DNA of 40,894 nucleotides. Origin: Clostridia bacterium (GTDB lineage: Bacteria; Bacillota; Clostridia; Oscillospirales; Acutalibacteraceae). Below, one piece after another: positions 34,658 to 40,894 of the stretch; the first letter of the stretch is position 1, and each line of letters starts with the position of its first letter. A program made the translations under genes and the position numbers. The notes beneath the pieces are model-generated. The model searched no databases. It was given only the letters and a program-made list of their open reading frames with translations, and had not been told where the DNA came from. The stretch spans positions 1-40,894 of the forward strand of contig JAFOBC010000042.1 in the NCBI GenBank assembly GCA_017382015.1, written 5' to 3'.

Positions 34658-35356
34658 TTATACCCCTTTCGGTATATCCATCATAATGACACTGCAATCA
34701 TCCGCACAGCGCTGATTTTCAAGATAACCTGCAATATCGTTTTCTTTCACTGCCTGCAGCATCTCAAACGACAGCGAGCCGCTGTCACCCGAATAAAAGG
34801 TTTTCCATGCGCCGTCTGTCGCCAGCAAAAATTTTACGTCGCTTTTTTGGCTGATTTTGATATCAACGACATCCGCGACATTTTTTGTGGTTGTTGTGTA
34901 TGTCATGCCGTCGTATGAAACACGCGGCGCACCGCACAGAGTCATACTGCCTTGCTCAACCAGATATATAAGGCTGTCGCCAAGAACAAAGGTCATAACC
35001 TCGCCGCTGAGTTTATTATAGCACACAAAGCTCAGGGTTGATGCATAAGACTCGAGACGGTTATTATATATCGCTGCTTCTTCTGCCAGCTTTTGGCGAA
35101 TATATGAAGACAAAAGATTTGTCACTTTCCCCTCTGATGCCGAAAACATATACTCTGTTTCATCAAGCATCACTCTGCTTGCAGATTCGCAGGCAATTTC
35201 GGCGCCTCTTTTTCCGTTTTCGCAGGCAGAAACGCCGTCAGCAATCGCACAAATCTTTGCCGTATTACTCTCTGCCTGCCAAACCACATCCTGGCTCTGC
35301 AAGCCGTTTAACAAATGATAACTTCCGGTCTTCCGGTATACAGGTACGTTATTCAA
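34658..35356 (-). CDS. PP2C-family Ser/Thr protein phosphatase
   Basis: 232 aa. CAIADGVSACENGKRGAEIA (the DG.G metal-binding block), LLATDGAW and C-terminal DDCSVIMMD are the canonical PP2C motifs. The start is TTG, 3 nt after the upstream stop. Confidence 0.75.
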   Translation of the reverse strand: MNNVPVYRKTGSYHLLNGLQSQDVVWQAESNTAKICAIADGVSACENGKRGAEIACESASRVMLDETEYMFSASEGKVTNLLSSYIRQKLAEEAAIYNNRLESYASTLSFVCYNKLSGEVMTFVLGDSLIYLVEQGSMTLCGAPRVSYDGMTYTTTTKNVADVVDIKISQKSDVKFLLATDGAWKTFYSGDSGSLSFEMLQAVKENDIAGYLENQRCADDCSVIMMDIPKGV

Positions 35357-35359
35357 GAA

Positions 35360-38300
35360 TCACTTTTCTCCTATCTCCCGCTCTGTTCTTTTAAATTGGT
35401 CATAAAGCTTTTGGTATTGGTCTACAAAGCTGTCTACAGGGTCTGTATACAGCGGCAGGAAATTATCGCGGTAAGCAATATAGATTACATAAATATCAAA
35501 AATATTCTTGCTGTTTACCGGCGCATAGCCTGCCTCTTCAAGCATTTTATCTGCTCCCTTGTAGCTGATTGTTTCCGACATCGGCAGCTCAGAGCATTCA
35601 TCGTACGAATAATCCATATCATCCAACTCAACGTTGAAAATATCGCCGTTGACAAAAACGTCGTAAAACTTTTCAAAGTTTCCGAAGTAGGTTTCTTCGT
35701 CAGCTGACCTTTTCAGCCAGTTGATTAAAACAAACTGATAAAAACAAACCGCCATAACCGTGCTTCTGCTTACGTTTTTAAAGCGGATTTCTTCACCCAT
35801 TTCAACAGTAAGCCTTTTCTGGATTCTGTTCAGCAGCAGCTTTAACGAAGCATAGCTTTCCGTGCACAGATCGTTTACCCTTGAAAAGCTTGCCTCAAAC
35901 CTTTCCTTGGGTGTATCAAACTGCCTGCCCTTCAACCTCATAAACTTTGCTTTCAGCTGCTCTTTTTCCTTCGCAGTCTGTCCGAAATACTCAAAGCAAT
36001 CTCTGCAGTTTTCAAAAACAATTTTTCCCAGACCGTCTTCCGAATCGAGATTTGTTTCGAAAGGCTCAAAATATTCTTTGCAGTAAGGGAAAATGTCTGT
36101 GCTGTGCTTGGGGCAGTTGCGGCATCTGCGGCTTGTCAGGTAGTGGTATTCATAAAAGAAATCTTCCAGCTCATACGACATCAAAGCAAGCTCCAGTTTA
36201 TCTGTGGTTACGTCAGACAGTTCTTTTACCTTCACAACCTTGTACAGCAAGCTGTTGACAACTGCCTCCTGCTCCCTGATAACACGCGCAGCCGTACGCT
36301 GCTCATCATTTATCTGCATTATTCCGGAATCGTTTGATTTGCAGGGATAGTTTTTTGTCAGATAACTCTTAAACTTTTCTTCCGTGAGAGACATTGTGCC
36401 TGCAAAGCCCTCTTTGTATCGCTTTGTTATATAATCCTGCTCATCCCTGATGCTGCCGGAAAAATCATCCTGCGTTTTTCCGTATTTTTTACAGTAGGCT
36501 ATAATTTCATACGCTTTTTCAAGCCTTTGCTTCGGAGTCAGCTCCGGCTGCTCCAGACACCAGAGGAATGTAACCTCGGCAAAATTTTTATAGTTGATTC
36601 CGTAACCGTCAACCGACGTGTCTTCGCTGTCTCCCAAGCCTGCAACCAACGGCAGACGATTGACTATATTGTCTGTATAATAATCCCAGAAAAGGTTTTT
36701 TTCGATATCGCAGATTCTCAACGGGTTACCGTTTTCGACACTCCTGATATCAAAGGCAACGGCAAAAATATACAGATATTCTCTTGTTTTACCCTGCGAG
36801 GAAAACTCGGCATTTGCCAGAGAATCCGCAATCTCAAGCAGGGTATAATCGTTAAACTCACGGGCGCAAGAGGAATACAGCACTTCACGGTTATCTTTAA
36901 AATCTTCTCCGCCCTTTTTGCTGGCTGTGTTATATCTTGATCGTACCCGCTTATACAGCCTCTGTGTATATTTTTCTTTATCTTCTACAAAACGCTCTGC
37001 GTATGCAATAAATTGCTTGAGGGAATTATTGTCATTTTTCAGCACTTTACCCGTTGCGTGAAGAATTTTGTCAACAACCGAGTCATTGACAATATCAGAG
37101 AAAAACTTTGCACCGGGCACCCAGGAAATCTTAACACCGGGACAAACATCCTGTAGAAGTGCAATATTTTCGGACGTGACAGGAATAGCCTGAGCGTAAT
37201 ACTTGGCAAGCACCATCAGCCTGTATATATCGGGGTAGTTAACGTAGGTAATCGGCTCGCCCAGTGCTCTTTCCGTCTGCTCCTCATACGCCTTGCCTAT
37301 CTTGGCTGCATAATTGATTTTTTCCGCCTTCTTTGCCTCGGTGCTTTCACACAGATCAAACAGGACCTTTTCAAGCGAGTTTACCAGCTTGATATATTTT
37401 TCTTTATCTTCAGAGCTTTCAAAATCTGCATATTTTATCTTCTCCGGAGAAAAAACACTGCTCAGTTTGCATTTTTGGCCTTTGTTTTTCTCCACTTTCA
37501 AAAAAGCTTCGGGCTGCAGATTTTTAATCAAGTCTTCGTTTGATTTTTTTCTCAGCACCTGAATTTTATCTCCGAAAAACTTAAGCAGAGTATACAGACG
37601 TAACGAATAAGAAAAATCGGTATACAGGTAATAGCCTCTGCTGTGTCTTTGTCGCAGCATCTCGTTCAACTCTTCCACCGCGTCAATACTCTCAAGCGAA
37701 GAATAGTTTCTGATATGCTTAATGCCTATCTCATAATACGGCAACGAATCTGCAAAGCAATCAGAAAGCAGCACCGCCGTACCGTTAACCGCCGCCTCAG
37801 AAAGAACATCGGCTCTCATAACACGGCAAAGGCGCTCACAAATCTCTTTTGTTACATAAGTCATCGGCGCTTTGATTCTGATAGTACCGTGCAACTTTGT
37901 CAGCTCACCTATATATTTGTCGCCGAACAAAACGCCCTCTTTATCATCGCTTTTTATATCCTGCGGCTGTGAAATCAGGTCAAATATACTGTCGTCAATT
38001 TTATCAACGTCACCGTTGTATTTTTCAGCAACCACATCTTCAAGCTCTTCGCACCTGATGCCTTTACAGTCATAACCAAACTGATTTATAAACTGCTTTA
38101 AAATAAGCACCCTTGTTGTCAGACCCGCGATACTCTCATCCGTCACGTTGAAATTATAGCGAAGAAGGCGCCTTACCAGACGTGTCATATGGTCTGCTGA
38201 CGATTTGTATTCACCGTAAATTTCGTTAAGCTTCTTCAGAAATTCAGCATCAATAGTACGGTCGATTTCGTCAATGCTTCTGAGCATATATGCGTAGTCT

Positions 38301-38620
38301 TCGTATGTATCCAAAGCGTCTTCAATCTCGTCAATACCGTCAGAGCTGAAATCCGTAATCAGCCCCTTAGCGCGGCGCTCACCTGCAGCATTTTCAATAT
38401 AATGTTTTTCTGTATATTGCGGAATGGTGCCCAACAGGACAAGCAACTCATCCTGCTGATCGGAAAGCTTGGTCAGATGCTCACCGCTGTGTGCTGTGCT
38501 TCGCATTTTTTCAATGATTCGCAAAGCTTCTCCTCTGGCAATTATACAAAAAAACTCATCCAGTTTTGCCTTGGTATCTCTTGCTTGATTTGTAAAATCT
38601 GTCGGCATAAAGGTTGACAT
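35360..38620 (-). CDS. 1086-aa protein of unknown function, first gene of the kinase/PP2C block
   Basis: It is a long uninterrupted ORF with an AAGGGG SD 6 nt upstream. It looks predominantly helical and charged, and I recognise no enzymatic motif. One Cys cluster, RRCRNCPKHSTDIFPYCKEY...ENCRDCFEY (about 36000-36130), looks like a zinc ribbon. Confidence 0.7.
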   Translation of the reverse strand: MSTFMPTDFTNQARDTKAKLDEFFCIIARGEALRIIEKMRSTAHSGEHLTKLSDQQDELLVLLGTIPQYTEKHYIENAAGERRAKGLITDFSSDGIDEIEDALDTYEDYAYMLRSIDEIDRTIDAEFLKKLNEIYGEYKSSADHMTRLVRRLLRYNFNVTDESIAGLTTRVLILKQFINQFGYDCKGIRCEELEDVVAEKYNGDVDKIDDSIFDLISQPQDIKSDDKEGVLFGDKYIGELTKLHGTIRIKAPMTYVTKEICERLCRVMRADVLSEAAVNGTAVLLSDCFADSLPYYEIGIKHIRNYSSLESIDAVEELNEMLRQRHSRGYYLYTDFSYSLRLYTLLKFFGDKIQVLRKKSNEDLIKNLQPEAFLKVEKNKGQKCKLSSVFSPEKIKYADFESSEDKEKYIKLVNSLEKVLFDLCESTEAKKAEKINYAAKIGKAYEEQTERALGEPITYVNYPDIYRLMVLAKYYAQAIPVTSENIALLQDVCPGVKISWVPGAKFFSDIVNDSVVDKILHATGKVLKNDNNSLKQFIAYAERFVEDKEKYTQRLYKRVRSRYNTASKKGGEDFKDNREVLYSSCAREFNDYTLLEIADSLANAEFSSQGKTREYLYIFAVAFDIRSVENGNPLRICDIEKNLFWDYYTDNIVNRLPLVAGLGDSEDTSVDGYGINYKNFAEVTFLWCLEQPELTPKQRLEKAYEIIAYCKKYGKTQDDFSGSIRDEQDYITKRYKEGFAGTMSLTEEKFKSYLTKNYPCKSNDSGIMQINDEQRTAARVIREQEAVVNSLLYKVVKVKELSDVTTDKLELALMSYELEDFFYEYHYLTSRRCRNCPKHSTDIFPYCKEYFEPFETNLDSEDGLGKIVFENCRDCFEYFGQTAKEKEQLKAKFMRLKGRQFDTPKERFEASFSRVNDLCTESYASLKLLLNRIQKRLTVEMGEEIRFKNVSRSTVMAVCFYQFVLINWLKRSADEETYFGNFEKFYDVFVNGDIFNVELDDMDYSYDECSELPMSETISYKGADKMLEEAGYAPVNSKNIFDIYVIYIAYRDNFLPLYTDPVDSFVDQYQKLYDQFKRTEREIGEK

Positions 38621-38690
38621 ATTTATCCCCTTTCCGTGTGCGGATCTTTATTGCTCAGGCATCATTCCACGGTTGATTGTATTACAGTAA

Positions 38691-38721
38691 ACCCCCTGTG
38701 AAAATAGGGGGTGTTTTTTTT
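38691..38721 (+). terminator. orphan plus-strand intrinsic terminator in the divergent intergenic region
   Basis: 7-bp GC-rich stem accccct/agggggt with an 8-nt loop, followed by gT8. No plus-strand gene lies upstream of it. Confidence 0.5.
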
Positions 38722-38836
38722 CGATACACCGCTTATTTTTACTGTATTTATTTGATTATACTAAAGATTTTCTCCTATTTCAATATACATTGCAGTTGTA
38801 CACAGATTTTGCCCCCCTATTTTTCTGAACCGTTTT

Positions 38837-39970
38837 ATGTCGGATAATACAATCACACCAATAAAATGGAGGAGAATTTCTGTGGTTAATATCAGCATTG
38901 AAACAATAAACCTTAACCCTACCGGCGTATACTACTGCGAAGCTTCTCACAGTGCAGTTAACTCCGTATCCATCGTAATCAACAGGACTTGGAAAGAGGT
39001 AGTTAAAATCCTCATAACTCAGGCACATCTGCGAGCAACCATACCGACTAATGCAACGGTAATATCGGATATGCTCAGAGCAAGCGGGTTTAAAAAAATC
39101 CGCTCATCATCGCTCTACGACTTGCTTGAAGCTAACCCGAACAGCAGCTTTGTTATAAAGATGCATTATTCAGGCTATCATGCGCTTGTGCCGGGTAACG
39201 GCGGCTTTGTGCTGAAAACAGCTAACGCCGCACTTAAGGATATAAGGCTGTACCAAATTGAAGCGATATGGCAATTCTGCCCTGAGGCTGAAAAGGCAAC
39301 GGGCATCAGCCGAAAAAGCCATGCGCGCGACATACCTGACGATTTTGACAAATTTATAGGCAAGAACATTAACCCCGAAAACAAATTTGTCGGCGACTGC
39401 GCAATCAGAGCACTTGGCGGAACGCTGGACTGCACGTGGCACGACGCGCTGGATTACCTGGCAAAAGCGAGCAACTACACAGAGCCGATAGTCAACCTCA
39501 CATCGAACATTGACCTTACTCTCAGCGAGCTTGGACTGGTGCGACATAAACCAATCAAGCTTGGCGGCAAGCTCATCACGGGAAGCGAATTCTGCAACCT
39601 TATGTCACACACATATTTTAAAGGCGAAAGAATTTTCGCATACATAACCAAACCCAGCCACTGCGTCGCAGTTTTACCCGAAAAGCAGGCTGACGGAACT
39701 TACCTTTACAAAATCCAGGACATATGGGACAGCACAACCAAAAAGATAGGCGATTACTGGGTTTTTACACCGCAGAAGCAACCAAAGCCTGCCGCACCGC
39801 AGGTAAGCACACTGCTCGTCGGAGAGAAGATTCACCACCCGACGTACGGCGAAGGAACAATCCTCAGCATCAACCCCTGCGCCGCAACGAACATAGTTGA
39901 AGTCGATTTCATCAGCTGCGGAATCAAAAAGATTACGGAAAGCTGGCTGAAAAACAAAAGCGGCAGTTGA
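38837..39970 (+). CDS. hypothetical protein with possible Cys/His (papain-like) core and a small C-terminal beta domain
   Basis: 377-aa track ORF. An alternative GTG start at 38882 sits 7 nt after GGAGGAG. FVGDCAIRALGG followed by PSHCVAVL has the spacing of a Cys...His catalytic dyad. The C-terminal HHPTYGEGTILSIN..VEVDF..GIKKI resembles the small H.(F/Y)G.G.V domain found at helicase C-termini. Confidence 0.55.
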   Translation: MSDNTITPIKWRRISVVNISIETINLNPTGVYYCEASHSAVNSVSIVINRTWKEVVKILITQAHLRATIPTNATVISDMLRASGFKKIRSSSLYDLLEANPNSSFVIKMHYSGYHALVPGNGGFVLKTANAALKDIRLYQIEAIWQFCPEAEKATGISRKSHARDIPDDFDKFIGKNINPENKFVGDCAIRALGGTLDCTWHDALDYLAKASNYTEPIVNLTSNIDLTLSELGLVRHKPIKLGGKLITGSEFCNLMSHTYFKGERIFAYITKPSHCVAVLPEKQADGTYLYKIQDIWDSTTKKIGDYWVFTPQKQPKPAAPQVSTLLVGEKIHHPTYGEGTILSINPCAATNIVEVDFISCGIKKITESWLKNKSGS

Positions 39971-40046
39971 TGCCGTGCGCCGCTCACCCTTGCCAAACGC
40001 TTACACGATCAAAAAATTTTTAAACTAACCGAAAGGAACATAAAAA

Positions 40047-40894
40047 ATGTCATTTGTTGAAAAATTTTTAAACATAGCTTCAGAGGAATCCATACAGCAG
40101 CCAACACCGAAGAAAAAACGAACAAAAGCTACCGCATCCGAACCTGCAGAGATTATTTCAGTAAACAATCCTGCCTCGGCAACACAATCCGTCAAGGTAG
40201 CTGAGGCTGCAGCAACTGCTGAGCCTGCTGTAAACGACGAACCCGCTGAAACCGCAAAGCCAAAGACAACCAGGAAGAGAACAACCAAAGCTAAGATAAC
40301 AGAAGCCGTCGAAGCAGACGAGGCTGCAGCAACTGCTGAGCCCGCTGTAAACGACGAACCTGCTGAAACCGCAAAGCCAAAGACAACCAAAAAGAGAACA
40401 ACCAAAGCTAAAACAACAAAGACAACTGAAACACCGGAGCCCATAGCAGAGCCTATCGAAGTACCGGAATCTGTTGAGATAACTGAACCTGCTGAAACAA
40501 CAGAACCTGCTGAAGCAACTGAGCCTGCTGAAGCAACTGAACCTGCTGAAGCAACTGAGCCTGCTGAAGCAACTGAGCCTGCTGAGGCAACTGAACCCGT
40601 TGAAGCAACTGAGCCTGCTGAAGCAACTGAACCCGTTGAAACAACAGAGCCTGCTGAGGCAACTGAACCCGTTGAAGCAACTGAACCCGTTGAAGCAACA
40701 GAGCCTGCTGAAGCAACTGAACCCGTTGAAGCAACAGAGCCTGCTGAAGCAACTGAACCTGCTGAAACAACAGAACCTGCTGAAGCAACTGAACCCGTTG
40801 AAACAACAGAGCCTGCTGAGGCAACTGAACCCGTTGAAGCAACTGAACCCGTTGAAGCAACAGAGCCTGCTGAAGCAACAGAGCCTGCTGAAGC
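40047..40894 (+). CDS. acidic/basic repeat protein, C-terminus beyond window (MSFVEKFLNIASEE...; K/T/R-rich 39-aa repeats, then TEP(A/V)E(A/T) hexapeptide repeats)
   Basis: The ATG at 40047 lies about 10 nt after the GAAAGGA SD and the frame stays open to the window end. It is absent from the track because no stop is present. The listed minus-strand ORFs here are repeat shadows. Confidence 0.6.
   Translation, partial: MSFVEKFLNIASEESIQQPTPKKKRTKATASEPAEIISVNNPASATQSVKVAEAAATAEPAVNDEPAETAKPKTTRKRTTKAKITEAVEADEAAATAEPAVNDEPAETAKPKTTKKRTTKAKTTKTTETPEPIAEPIEVPESVEITEPAETTEPAEATEPAEATEPAEATEPAEATEPAEATEPVEATEPAEATEPVETTEPAEATEPVEATEPVEATEPAEATEPVEATEPAEATEPAETTEPAEATEPVETTEPAEATEPVEATEPVEATEPAEATEPAE
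40203..40411 (+). repeat. two copies of a 117-nt-period coding repeat (EAAATAEPAVNDEPAETAKPKTT(R/K)KRTTKAK)
   Basis: 40203-40294 and 40320-40411 are near-identical. Confidence 0.85.
40482..40894 (+). repeat. 18-bp in-frame tandem repeat, 22 full copies plus a partial 23rd, truncated by the window
   Basis: I counted unit by unit from 40482. The units are ac(t/a) ga(a/g) cc(t/c) g(c/t)t ga(a/g) (g/a)ca. Confidence 0.95.

Noticed and set aside
15625-38617. Many 60-210-aa plus-strand ORFs inside the 26-kb locus (for example 21187-21813, 26941-27480, 29017-29445, 36527-36940)
   Set aside because: All are antisense to long ORFs carrying diagnostic motifs. They lack SDs and have low-complexity or odd composition typical of shadow frames.
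6029-38800. Calling the whole tRNA-Tyr-adjacent region an intact prophage, ICE or genomic island
   Set aside because: No integrase/recombinase, transposase, capsid/terminase or conjugation genes are recognisable. Only att-like scars are present, so mobility cannot be supported from this window.
38780-39028. 82-aa minus-strand ORF overlapping the start of the 38837 gene
   Set aside because: It has no SD and overlaps a longer plus-strand ORF that has a GGAGGAG site. It would also lie upstream of the locus promoter region, with no terminator logic.
40025-40878. Minus-strand ORFs of 139 aa and 141 aa (LQQALLLQRVQ... repeats)
   Set aside because: They are reverse-frame shadows of the 18-bp and 117-nt tandem repeats. 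They have no SD, whereas the plus frame has GAAAGGA plus an ATG at 40047 and reads through the whole array.
40482-40894. Could the regular 18-bp repeat array be a CRISPR array?
   Set aside because: The units are contiguous with no spacers, the period is far too short, they are in frame with an upstream start codon, and no cas genes are present.

Overview
This 40.9-kb window comes from a Gram-positive-style genome, judging by AGGAGG-type ribosome-binding sites (SDs), lipoprotein/signal peptides and intrinsic terminators. The left flank (1-5.7 kb) is ordinary. It holds a partial hypothetical gene, a secreted/anchored protein, a GH78-like glycosidase with an EutH-family permease, and a membrane protein. 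A tRNA-Thr(UGU)/tRNA-Tyr(GUA) pair follows at 5842-6028. Downstream of tRNA-Tyr the sequence is mosaic. The tRNA 3' end plus its terminator is duplicated 1.1 kb away, bracketing an XRE regulator. There is a decayed tRNA-Tyr 3' relic, a three-fold internally repeated secreted protein, a GH3 beta-glucosidase, a truncated CE4 deacetylase relic, a lipoprotein, and a second pair of direct repeats. The main point of interest is a ~26-kb run of 15 same-strand (minus) genes at 38620-12688, arranged in four transcription blocks. Block A holds a 1086-aa protein with no recognisable domain, a PP2C phosphatase, a 1513-aa Ser/Thr-kinase fused to a C-terminal PD-(D/E)xK nuclease-like domain, and two small proteins. 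Block B is a polytopic membrane HExxH metalloprotease. Block C holds a secreted vWA/Ig-like/TM protein and a 1254-aa tubulin/FtsZ-like GTPase (GGTGSG signature). Block D holds a polytopic vWA membrane protein, a zinc-ribbon membrane protein and a HerA/FtsK-like P-loop ATPase. Block D ends with two toxin-immunity pairs: an LHH-type HNH nuclease with a SUKH/SMI1-KNR4 protein, and a RelA/SpoT-like toxSAS with an HD small alarmone hydrolase. The two unrelated toxins share an N-terminal leader. I read the locus as a candidate undescribed membrane-associated conflict system (defence or toxin delivery) built around a tubulin-like GTPase. No integrase, transposase, CRISPR array or rRNA is visible. The right flank carries a Cys/His hypothetical protein and a partial gene made of 18-bp (TEPAEA) tandem repeats that run off the window.
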